Source: a virus. From it: DNA of 32,365 nt. A model generated the notes under the pieces. That model made no database searches, was not told the DNA's origin, and worked only from the letters and a program-made list of their open reading frames with translations. Below, piece after piece: positions 1 to 8,127 of the stretch (positions are counted from its first letter, which is position 1; each line of letters opens with the position of its first letter). A program made the translations under genes and the position numbers. Where the stretch lies: the IMG/VR virus record IMGVR_UViG_3300037424_000553, positions 64,947-97,311 of that record. The stretch is one strand, 5' to 3'.

Positions 1-72
1 CGTTGGATCGGCCTCCTGCGCTGACGCCGTGGACGCTAGCGCGAGAAGCAAACCGATCGCGACTTTCCACAT
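1..72 (-). CDS. Secreted protein, 5' part only (runs off window)
   Basis: Manual translation MWKVAIGLLLALASTASAQEADPT...; signal peptide with ASA cleavage site; GGAGG RBS upstream. Confidence 0.7.
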   Translation of the reverse strand, partial: MWKVAIGLLLALASTASAQEADPT

Positions 73-76
73 GTAA

Positions 77-190
77 TCACCTCCCTTGTACAAGAAACGC
101 TGTGATGATACCGGCAATCAAGATCACCGCCACAATAGCAGTGATCACCATGTCTATTGGCCCACTGTCGAAATCTGTCTCAGATCCCAT
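77..190 (-). CDS. Small single-pass membrane protein (37 aa)
   Basis: Manual translation MGSETDFDSGPIDMVITAIVAVILIAGIITAFLVQGR; fills the gap between neighbours; one hydrophobic helix. Confidence 0.6.
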   Translation of the reverse strand: MGSETDFDSGPIDMVITAIVAVILIAGIITAFLVQGR

Positions 191-192
191 GA

Positions 193-777
193 CTACTCAA
201 GACGCTTGAATGGCATCGCCTGCGCACCCTTCGAGAGGAGCAACACCGTGTTGTTCTCGAAGAATGCTACTTGCCAGTCCTGTGGTGCCGTCCCAGCAAT
301 CGAGACCCCATTCACCTGCGTGATCTGAAACCGGAGTTGGGTCGCCGAGATCATCTGATAGAAGCCACCCTGCGTCGGCCCGAACTGCAGCTGCCCTTCC
401 GGTGTGAGCACCATGACGAATGATGCATCCGGAACCCATGCCCAGCGTCCAGAGATCGGTGAAATCATGGTGAATGGCGAAACCAGCACCTTGTCTTTCA
501 GCGCCTCAGTAAGAGTAGGCTCCTTCGGCTTGCTGACTTCGGCATTCACCTGATCAGGAACCTTCTCGTTCACCACTACCTTGGGCTTCTGAGGCGTGCG
601 ATCCCTGACCGGAATGTTCTTCATAGCCGGATCGTCTTTCGATGGACTCGGAGCCTGCTGTACCACTGTCTGTTTCTTCTGCTGCTCCTTCAGATGCCGC
701 TGATATTCCTCTTCCGACATCGCGCACCCGGACAGGACCACCACCACGCTGATGAGTGTCCAGATTCTGTGGATCAC
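193..777 (-). CDS. Lipoprotein of unknown function
   Basis: GTG start at 777 after GAGGAG; hydrophobic stretch then lipobox LSGC; Pro/Lys-rich linker and beta-rich C-terminal domain. Confidence 0.75.
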   Translation of the reverse strand: MIHRIWTLISVVVVLSGCAMSEEEYQRHLKEQQKKQTVVQQAPSPSKDDPAMKNIPVRDRTPQKPKVVVNEKVPDQVNAEVSKPKEPTLTEALKDKVLVSPFTMISPISGRWAWVPDASFVMVLTPEGQLQFGPTQGGFYQMISATQLRFQITQVNGVSIAGTAPQDWQVAFFENNTVLLLSKGAQAMPFKRLE

Positions 778-816
778 CGTCGCTCCTCTCATCTCTGTCG
801 TTGTCCTACGCTCTGC

Positions 817-859
817 AATATAGACTCTCCCCAATTTCTTGGTGAACTATTTTTATTTC
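817..859 (-). promoter_or_regulatory. Putative sigma70-type promoter with A-tract UP element
   Basis: Minus strand AAATAAAAATAG-TTCACC-18 nt-TATATT upstream of the lipoprotein gene. Confidence 0.4.
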
Positions 860-1188
860 AAATTCTGTACAGTCTGGGAACCTGACGCCTTACCCATCGG
901 ATCAACGACGTTGAACATCATCCGTGAGTAGCCAAACCTGTGCGAGACCTTGTGAAACACCTTCCTGATATTGGCTAGACTATGACCGCGCCGCCCGATG
1001 AAGCGAGCACAGTCAGCCTCATCCTTGAACGTGAGAACGATCTCGATCTGCTTGGTGACGGCGGTCAACTCTAGGATGTTGACAGTCCAGGAGACCATGT
1101 GAGGACGTTCACAAAGTGCATTGATGATCGCATTCACCAGCATCGAACAAGTACTGATACAATGCTCACTGTTCAGTGTCTCATCCAT
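853..1188 (-). CDS. KH-domain RNA-binding protein, KhpA-like
   Basis: IINALCERP...DCARFIGRRGHSLANIRKVF matches the KhpA pattern (D.GxxIGxxGxxxxAIR) with GxxG loop; start re-assigned to MDETLNS. Confidence 0.75.
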   Translation of the reverse strand: MDETLNSEHCISTCSMLVNAIINALCERPHMVSWTVNILELTAVTKQIEIVLTFKDEADCARFIGRRGHSLANIRKVFHKVSHRFGYSRMMFNVVDPMGKASGSQTVQNLK

Positions 1189-1678
1189 TACGATTCTCCA
1201 GATACCGAGCCCCAGCCATGGCATAGAGTAGGGCATCAGCTTGATGCTGCGTGAGAGTCTTCTGACTGAACCGCTTCTGCATGTCAGCCAGCACATACTC
1301 CTTGTTCGCACGAACAGTGCGACCATTCCTGTTGACACGTGTTTCCTTGAGCGCGTGCCCATACACCCGTTTCTGCGCTGAGCTGGTCGTCACCATCACC
1401 CATGGGATCTCAGGCCTGTTGTAGGCCAGGAACATCTTGAGCCCGCCGATCCACTGCGCGATACGATAGAGAAACGGATGTTCCATCGTCACAGCCTCGA
1501 TGTGATACTTCCGCTCCATGTCAAGCACTAGATTCCCAAGCTGCCGGTAGTGCGCCTGCTCAGTGTCACGCTCGCTGAAGACGATCGCCATCGACTGCAA
1601 CATCTTGTCCTTCTTGGAATCGTATACACCATACCCACCGACGTACTTCCCAGGAACATCGATGCCGAGGATGATCAT
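1181..1678 (-). CDS. RuvC-like Holliday junction resolvase
   Basis: N-terminal IILGID, central VTMEHP, C-terminal HQADAL acidic motifs; ATGA overlap with the upstream gene. Confidence 0.8.
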   Translation of the reverse strand: MIILGIDVPGKYVGGYGVYDSKKDKMLQSMAIVFSERDTEQAHYRQLGNLVLDMERKYHIEAVTMEHPFLYRIAQWIGGLKMFLAYNRPEIPWVMVTTSSAQKRVYGHALKETRVNRNGRTVRANKEYVLADMQKRFSQKTLTQHQADALLYAMAGARYLENRNG

Positions 1679-2616
1679 GCTTCGGTGAAACAATCGTCAA
1701 GAATCGTAGCATCTCGCATAACATGCTCACCACGCCGCTTGATCTTTGCGAAGTGCGTCAAGAGCGAGAGGATACCCTGCCAGTATGGATCCACCATCGG
1801 AAAGTCCGGTGCAGGCATGAGCTGATCGCCCCACAACCTGACGTTCCGCTCGTAGTGCATGATCGCTGACCATTCACCAGACTCAGGCTTGCTCATCCGT
1901 GGCATCGTGTACCCGTAGGACTCTTGATCCAGGATCTCGTTCGCGAGATTCATCTCGTTCTCATAAAAATGCATCGACCCAGTGTTCTGAATGTGCATCC
2001 CGACGTCGAGCCCAACATGAACTGCCACCCATTCGTGTAGCATCGTGAACAAGAAAATATCGTATGGGTAGACCATCACAATGTTCTGACTCCTGAACGT
2101 CGTGATGCAATGCAACCGCCTGTGACGAACGAAGAACTGCATCGAGATCGGACAGGGGATGTCCTTCGAATCGATGTGATCCACCGCCCCACTGAAGATA
2201 GTAACCACTGCCCGTCGTGATGCCGGATCAGCCTTGAGCATGGCAATCACGCTCTCAAGCTGCCTGATGATCCGTGGGCCATAGGCACCGTGAAGTGAAA
2301 CACCATCATCAGAAAACTTGGTGGTGATGGGGTTGTAGTAGAGCAGTGGCTCCACGCTGTCGGTCTCCATGAACTGATACATGAAGTTCCCGAAGGCGAA
2401 CCCAAGGTTGATCGGACGAGCCAGGCTGCTAATGATACGTGAGCGTGGATACTCGAGATCCATCCTCAATCCAAGCAGCTCGATGGTCTTATGCGATGCG
2501 CTCGGCGACGTCTTGTTCAGCAGCGGTTGCACCCACTCCCCATTCTCCATGACATCACGAACTGCGATTTTGTAGAGACCAGTGCTCGTCCCACTTTGTA
2601 GATGATCACTCGACAT
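1675..2616 (-). CDS. Thymidylate synthase-superfamily pyrimidine-modifying enzyme, probably dCMP-specific
   Basis: GAYGPRI, DPASRRAV, catalytic Cys in DIPC, RSQNIVMVYPYD, GSMHFYE; Asp at the position of E. coli ThyA Asn177. Confidence 0.88.
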   Translation of the reverse strand: MSSDHLQSGTSTGLYKIAVRDVMENGEWVQPLLNKTSPSASHKTIELLGLRMDLEYPRSRIISSLARPINLGFAFGNFMYQFMETDSVEPLLYYNPITTKFSDDGVSLHGAYGPRIIRQLESVIAMLKADPASRRAVVTIFSGAVDHIDSKDIPCPISMQFFVRHRRLHCITTFRSQNIVMVYPYDIFLFTMLHEWVAVHVGLDVGMHIQNTGSMHFYENEMNLANEILDQESYGYTMPRMSKPESGEWSAIMHYERNVRLWGDQLMPAPDFPMVDPYWQGILSLLTHFAKIKRRGEHVMRDATILDDCFTEA

Positions 2617-4387
2617 GGATGCTACTCCCCTTCGCTGTCTTGATGACGCGAATGATATGATCCGATGGATAGGCCAAGAGCTTCGGGTTCTGTGAGATAC
2701 AGAAGATACTGCTGAAGTCCTTCCGTTGCGTGCTCAGAAAATCCATGACACGCTCGCACCCTGTCTCATCCAGGTGCTCGAAGATCTCATCATAGAGAGC
2801 CAACGAGAACCGTCCATGATGTAGTTCGCGCGTGAGATCCTGAAGTGCCAGTACGAGGCAGAGATCCACACGCTGTTTCTCGCCTGAGGAGAGATCATCG
2901 TACACCTTGGCCCCGTACTTGTTCTCAACCTCGAACGTAATCTCTTCACGAACATCACCATTCTTCAGGATGCGCTGGGCCGAAAAACGCGGGATGAGCT
3001 CACCAGCCGTGAGGCTCTGGCTGTAGCTGAGGAGCTTCCCTTGAATGAAGCCCTCGTAGTCTCTGAGCATCATCGCCTTCATGCCCTTGTGCCCGAACCC
3101 TTCCACCCAAAAGTCGCGGAGATCAACCTCCGCTGTGAGTGCCGTGATATCACGCTCGTATTTCTCTCGATCACGCTGCAAGACCTCAATCCGCTCCAGC
3201 ATCTCATCCGCAGCCTGGCGCATGAATCGTGCCTCATCAAGCTGACTCACGTGCCGCTCTAGGTCTTGAGTCTCCCTGAGCGTTCGCTGAAGCTTGGCAT
3301 GCACCAGCGCGTAGTCGTCATCAGCACGAGACGTTGGCCAGGTATGTAGCACGTGAGTCAGGGCACTGTTGTAAATCACCAACCGCTGCACTTCATCATA
3401 CAATGGCCTGATCAGTGTCTCGAAATGCTGATCCACCTCGATGCGCTCAACCTTACCAATCGTCCGTCGGCACATCGCGCACCGCCCAGCATTGATGATG
3501 CTATCATGATCACCCTGTATCCCCTCGATCCGCCGCACGATCGTTTTAGCGACCTGATCCATCTTGTTACGCAGGGCAGAGAGCGTGGTCGAATCATCCA
3601 CCAGGACCTGATGTCGCTCACTCGATACCTTCGTCACTTCAAGCTGAACATACAAGGTGTTGATCTCATCATAGAGATCAAGCCGTTCGCGGTGACGATC
3701 AAGCCACTGTCGCATCGCTTCGATTTCGGCCTGCTCCCGCGACTGCTCCAGGTTGTCGCGCTCACCTTGAATCGCCTCGAGCTGACTGTTCACCAAATCC
3801 AACTTGTGTTTGAGATCACTCAGGGCATCGCCAAACTGCCGAGCTTCGATCTCGACAGCCTTACGGCGATCACCAAAGAAAGCAAGATCCAAGAGATCAT
3901 CGAAAATCTGCTTGCGTGGAGCATCAGACATCCCAGCAAACTTTTTCTCTTCGCTGACCCCATACAGGATAGTCTGCACGAACGCTCGATAGGAGAGCCC
4001 GAAGTAGGTGGCGACTTTTTCTCCACTCCCCACCAGCTCATACTTTTTCCCATCGTGCTCGTACAGCTCCCAGCGTCGCTTGGATCCACTCTGCTCCCGT
4101 TCCACAACGTACGGCTTCTTATTCACGGTGAAGTACAGAGCAAGCCACATCTTGTCGGCGTCGTTGTTGATGAGCCGCGCCCCGCTGCTGCCCTTGAGGA
4201 GGCGATCGTACGCCGCGATGGTGATGGCATCGAACAGGGCAGTCTTGCCTGCCCCATTGGATCCAGCCATCCGCGATACTCGATTCTCGCCTACAACGAA
4301 GGTCACGCCTTGCTTCGCGAGTGGGACGCTGAATTCACCCACGAAGGGCATGAAATCCTTCCCATGAATCGATTCGAGTTCGATCAT
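2606..4387 (-). CDS. Rad50/SbcC (T4 gp46-like) ATPase
   Basis: Walker A GSNGAGKT, coiled coils, Zn hook CAMC, signature LSSGEKQR, Walker B LYDE; next to an Mre11-like gene. Confidence 0.92.
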   Translation of the reverse strand: MIELESIHGKDFMPFVGEFSVPLAKQGVTFVVGENRVSRMAGSNGAGKTALFDAITIAAYDRLLKGSSGARLINNDADKMWLALYFTVNKKPYVVEREQSGSKRRWELYEHDGKKYELVGSGEKVATYFGLSYRAFVQTILYGVSEEKKFAGMSDAPRKQIFDDLLDLAFFGDRRKAVEIEARQFGDALSDLKHKLDLVNSQLEAIQGERDNLEQSREQAEIEAMRQWLDRHRERLDLYDEINTLYVQLEVTKVSSERHQVLVDDSTTLSALRNKMDQVAKTIVRRIEGIQGDHDSIINAGRCAMCRRTIGKVERIEVDQHFETLIRPLYDEVQRLVIYNSALTHVLHTWPTSRADDDYALVHAKLQRTLRETQDLERHVSQLDEARFMRQAADEMLERIEVLQRDREKYERDITALTAEVDLRDFWVEGFGHKGMKAMMLRDYEGFIQGKLLSYSQSLTAGELIPRFSAQRILKNGDVREEITFEVENKYGAKVYDDLSSGEKQRVDLCLVLALQDLTRELHHGRFSLALYDEIFEHLDETGCERVMDFLSTQRKDFSSIFCISQNPKLLAYPSDHIIRVIKTAKGSSIHVE

Positions 4388-4479
4388 TTTCCTTTGAGCC
4401 AGGCGCTCTTGCATGCATTACAGAAGTACTCACGTACACGATTCTCGATATCATCAGATCGGCAGTACGGGCAGCTCAT
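4384..4479 (-). CDS. Zinc-ribbon microprotein (31 aa)
   Basis: Manual translation MSCPYCRSDDIENRVREYFCNACKSAWLKGK; two CxxC pairs; its stop overlaps the Rad50 start (ATGA). Confidence 0.65.
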   Translation of the reverse strand: MSCPYCRSDDIENRVREYFCNACKSAWLKGK

Positions 4480-4486
4480 GCGTACT

Positions 4487-5536
4487 CTAAGACTCCAGAA
4501 CTTTGCGCCCATAGTCGACGTAGGCCTCCTTCAGATCATCTGGAACCTGCCGATGCGCCACGTAGCCTTCAACCAGTTCCTTGAACGAGCGTGATCCGGC
4601 AGCCTGGAGCCGAACGATCTGGGCCTGATCCACACGCTCTGGCCTGATGTCGAGGTAGCGTGGGTTACATTGCTCGAGCCGCTTGACGAACGCGCTATCC
4701 AGCGGACGCTTGGAGAAGAGTCGAATCAGATTCCCCTTGAACAGCCCATCGAAGTCCTTCCAGTTGATCGCATCAGGATCGCCAATCGGATCGACGTGCA
4801 TCACTACAAACTTCGGTGACTGTAACTCGAGTGTTGAGACACGCCCATCAGGATCAACGTAGAGTACACCCTTGTCCTGCTCCAGCTCACCAAAGTCTTT
4901 CGCGATGAAGCTGCCTGGATAGTCGACACCGTGAACATGCTGACGCTTGTGGAGATGCCCAGCGAATGCCCGTCCGTAGAGTCCGACACCAAGTGACTTC
5001 TCGGTGAATGTCGACTTGAGCATGTAGTCTGTCGGTCCAACTTCGGCACCATCGAGCTCACCATGAAACATCAATGTCTCGCGTTCCTTCTTCTGCTGTT
5101 TCAAGAATTTCAGCACCCGCTCCTGTTCATACAACCACGGAGCAAAGACGATGTCGTTGACCGTATCAACCTCAGGCTCGATGATGACGTTCGCAAACGC
5201 TTTGAATGACCAGATCGTCACGCTATCGTAGCGATCGTTTTCCCGGTCATGATTCCCGGCGATGAAGAACAAGTTGAGATCCCGGGCATGGTAGAAGTAG
5301 TTGAACACCTGATTCCGCACTTGCTCGTTTATATTCTTCTTCAGATGAAAGACATCACCGAGTACGTAGATCGCCCGGACATCCAGCTCACGGGCATAGC
5401 CAATCATTTCACGGAGTGCGTTACACCAGTCCAGGAGTCGCCCGTTGATCCCACCGGCAGGCTCCCCGCCTTCCTTCCAGTCATGCGCATGGAGATCCGC
5501 GCACACGATGAACCCGCGCTTCTTTAATCCCTTCAT
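4487..5536 (-). CDS. Mre11/SbcD (T4 gp47-like) metallophosphoesterase nuclease
   Basis: ADLH, GDVFH, GNHD, FHG, GHLH motifs. Confidence 0.92.
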   Translation of the reverse strand: MKGLKKRGFIVCADLHAHDWKEGGEPAGGINGRLLDWCNALREMIGYARELDVRAIYVLGDVFHLKKNINEQVRNQVFNYFYHARDLNLFFIAGNHDRENDRYDSVTIWSFKAFANVIIEPEVDTVNDIVFAPWLYEQERVLKFLKQQKKERETLMFHGELDGAEVGPTDYMLKSTFTEKSLGVGLYGRAFAGHLHKRQHVHGVDYPGSFIAKDFGELEQDKGVLYVDPDGRVSTLELQSPKFVVMHVDPIGDPDAINWKDFDGLFKGNLIRLFSKRPLDSAFVKRLEQCNPRYLDIRPERVDQAQIVRLQAAGSRSFKELVEGYVAHRQVPDDLKEAYVDYGRKVLES

Positions 5537-6606
5537 GTCGTGCAGAGTTGATGCATCCGGATCATGAATGCCTGCTCACTCTGATACGTTGGAACAACAC
5601 CACCAAAGTAGAAATCAAGAAAGTTCGCTGGCAGTTTGCCGCTATCAATGAGAACGCGAGGCTGATGATACTCGGCGGCCAATCGACCGATGTTCTCGAC
5701 ATCAGCCCACAGTTCAACAAGATTCCCCGTGTACTCTCCACGCATGTAAGCTTCGGTGACGCGTGCAATGTAAGCCGTTGGATGCGTCCGGCCAGTGATC
5801 TTGAATGATGAAATACCAAACGTCATGTGGTACCGACGAACCCACTGTGGGAGAATGAACCGTGCCCACAACCATTCAATCGGCTTGAGCACGCGCTCAC
5901 GGATACAGTTGCCCATTGGATAATGCCCATACATCTTGACCTCATCCTTGGAGAGATTGAGCGCGTGCAGATCATAACACTGGTTCCGGTCGGCACACTC
6001 ATAGACACAAAATTCGTTGACGATGGTCTCGAGTGTGATCCCAAGTGATCGCGAAAGCATCATGAACTGCGCCAGTTTCTCGCCATCGCGATTGGCAAAA
6101 ACATCCAAGCAGATCTTCTCGATGCTCGGACAGCGCCGCTTGAGCTGCTCAAGCTGCCGCGGATGACGAAGCTGAAGAATTGTCGAAAGTTCAATCGGCA
6201 GCGTCGGGCAGAGATCGTTAACAATCTGCGCGACAAGCGGATGTGCAACCGTGACTCGAATCACGCCGATTGACTTTAGAAATTCTAGGAACTTCACAAT
6301 CGTCGCTTCATGTGCCTTGAGTTCACGTGGATCCACCGCCGACGTATTGATCGTGTAGTTCATGCCAAATCCGTAGGACAACGCTTTGGCAACGAATGCC
6401 GCCAGAAACTCCTCATTATCATCCTTGAGCCGGAACGATGGCCGCGCTGTCCCGATCGGGTTGACACTTGGCAAACTCCCGTACAACTCAGTGATCTGCC
6501 AGGGTTGATCGAGGCTATAGCGGACATTGAGTTCATGGAGCTGATCCAGAAGCTCAAGGTCGAAGTTGCATCCTACTTTATAACTGATCGGATGAAGTGT
6601 CGACAT
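5533..6606 (-). CDS. Peptidase U32-family protein (Fe-S-dependent hydroxylase-type)
   Basis: NYTIN, IELST, Cys cluster IVNEFCVYECADRNQCY, later NC, and FKITGR matching the U32 (L/F)KIxGR motif. Confidence 0.82.
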   Translation of the reverse strand: MSTLHPISYKVGCNFDLELLDQLHELNVRYSLDQPWQITELYGSLPSVNPIGTARPSFRLKDDNEEFLAAFVAKALSYGFGMNYTINTSAVDPRELKAHEATIVKFLEFLKSIGVIRVTVAHPLVAQIVNDLCPTLPIELSTILQLRHPRQLEQLKRRCPSIEKICLDVFANRDGEKLAQFMMLSRSLGITLETIVNEFCVYECADRNQCYDLHALNLSKDEVKMYGHYPMGNCIRERVLKPIEWLWARFILPQWVRRYHMTFGISSFKITGRTHPTAYIARVTEAYMRGEYTGNLVELWADVENIGRLAAEYHQPRVLIDSGKLPANFLDFYFGGVVPTYQSEQAFMIRMHQLCTT

Positions 6607-6618
6607 TGGAATCCTCCT

Positions 6619-7533
6619 TCAGAGGTATTGGCAGACTTCGCCGTACGCTTTCGCCACCACACTGAGTTTGTACTTCGCACAGAAGCTCATGAATCCATCG
6701 TAGTCCGGTGTCGGGAAGTCAAACGTAACTTCGGCGAGCGCATGCTTCTGAATGAACAGGGCAGCATGGAGCGAGACCAGCTTGAAGTTCCGCGCAAGAT
6801 TCCGTTCGGTCTCCGCATCGCCATTGAACGTCATGCTCTGCATATCACTCACTTCACGGAGTTGGTCCAGGCTCGGCAGATGGAGATCCCTGGAGAGCTT
6901 CTTGGCCTTGCTCTCTCCCATTCTGTTCACAGCTGGAGGGACCCCATCCCCAGGATCTCCCCTGAGACACTTGAACGCAAGGTAGTGCCCCGGGGAGTCA
7001 AACCCTGTCAACCTGGAGAAGCCAGTCAGCCCCAGATGAAACTTCTTACGGGGATCGTAGATCCAGACCCCTTCCCGGATCAGTTGCCAGAAATCTCGAT
7101 CTGTGCTCACCACCAGAGCTGGTCTCCAGGTGCTGTTCATCACAGCTAGGGCCACCAAGTCGTCACCCTCAACATCGGTGCACTGTACCTGCGAGACCGC
7201 AAGATTGCCAAGGGCTTCACGGAAAATCGACATCTGATAGTCGATGTCGTTGAACTGCACTGGGCCAAGCTTGCTCGTCCGCACCTTGTACCCGGCCCAC
7301 AACTTTCGCCTGAACGCTGACTTCTCATCCCATGTAATGATTGTCCGCTCAGGTCGATACTTCGCTACGTGTCGGAATAGCTCCGCGAGACTCCCATGAA
7401 TCAGATTGGTTGAGCCAAGCCCTTCAACAGAGAGTTGTCCCTGATAGGCATACCAACTCCGCATCGCCAGGTTTTTCCCGTCGATGATGAGCGTCTTGAT
7501 CTTAGGCAGGACGCTGGCGTCGTCGCTCGACAT
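6619..7533 (-). CDS. 5'-3' exonuclease / flap endonuclease (T4 RNase H, PolI N-terminal-like)
   Basis: LIIDGKN, FRRKLWAGYK, EGDD, STDRDFWQL, LRGDPGDGVP. Confidence 0.92.
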   Translation of the reverse strand: MSSDDASVLPKIKTLIIDGKNLAMRSWYAYQGQLSVEGLGSTNLIHGSLAELFRHVAKYRPERTIITWDEKSAFRRKLWAGYKVRTSKLGPVQFNDIDYQMSIFREALGNLAVSQVQCTDVEGDDLVALAVMNSTWRPALVVSTDRDFWQLIREGVWIYDPRKKFHLGLTGFSRLTGFDSPGHYLAFKCLRGDPGDGVPPAVNRMGESKAKKLSRDLHLPSLDQLREVSDMQSMTFNGDAETERNLARNFKLVSLHAALFIQKHALAEVTFDFPTPDYDGFMSFCAKYKLSVVAKAYGEVCQYL

Positions 7534-7891
7534 CGAAGTATAGAACCTCTTCTACAGTGTAGAACACTGGCTTGCCTTTTGAGTGCGTATACGCCACTTC
7601 CTTGTCCGAGCCTGGTGAGGTTCCCGGCAGCCGGAGCAAGCCGTGGCACTTGTCGATCCAGGCGAAATCGAACGGGAGCCTGATGCGGTAGATCTCTTCA
7701 TCATTCTCGTGCGGGACGATCATGTTCCAGAGTGCATTCACCTGCGGGAGAAATGGAATGATACCGGCCTTCAACAGAACATCAGCAACCTTGCAGGCAT
7801 CATGAATCCCCTTCTCGAGATGTGCCCGCATTGGCCCAGCCACGTAGATGTAGGTCTTCTCATCAACCAAGAGACACGCCGGGCAGGTCAT
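7502..7891 (-). CDS. Nucleoside 2-deoxyribosyltransferase-fold protein (DUF4406/DUF1937-like)
   Basis: YIYVAGPM, PFLPQ, DFAWIDKCHGLLRLPG, SPGSDKEVAY, GKPVF. Confidence 0.75.
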   Translation of the reverse strand: MTCPACLLVDEKTYIYVAGPMRAHLEKGIHDACKVADVLLKAGIIPFLPQVNALWNMIVPHENDEEIYRIRLPFDFAWIDKCHGLLRLPGTSPGSDKEVAYTHSKGKPVFYTVEEVLYFDVERRRQRPA

Positions 7892-8127
7892 ACCAATTCC
7901 TTTCTGAACTTCCCCTTGTTCCGCAGAATCTCGTTGATGCTTTCAGGTTGTAGACGTTTGGTCTGACAGTTCAAACATGTCATCACATTGATATCATCAG
8001 TGATTCGAGACTCTGGTGCCCGACGCCCACAGATCCCACGCCCATCACGCTGCGTGAGATGAATCTGCCCATGAAAACGTGTCTCCCTGATTGACGCCAA
8101 GAGCTTCTTGTACTCAGCCATCTTCAT
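7888..8127 (-). CDS. Hypothetical protein, possible Zn-binding (H..C..CxxC)
   Basis: ATGA overlaps on both sides; IHL...ICG...TCLNC. Confidence 0.65.
   Translation of the reverse strand: MKMAEYKKLLASIRETRFHGQIHLTQRDGRGICGRRAPESRITDDINVMTCLNCQTKRLQPESINEILRNKGKFRKELV

Noticed and set aside
1675-2616. Annotation as ordinary thyA
   Set aside because: Asp at the Asn177-equivalent position and loss of the RSxD Asp argue against a canonical dUMP methylase.
3353-4594. Long plus-strand ORFs (413 aa here; also 6310-7149, 9875-11005, 18197-19225, 23078-23785)
   Set aside because: They are antisense shadows of well-supported minus-strand genes, expected when TTA/CTA/TCA codons are rare, and they carry no recognisable motifs.
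5533-6606. Annotation as a collagenase-like protease or a radical SAM enzyme
   Set aside because: Characterised U32 proteins are hydroxylases. The Cys spacing (CxxxCxxxxxC) is not the radical SAM CxxxCxxC motif.
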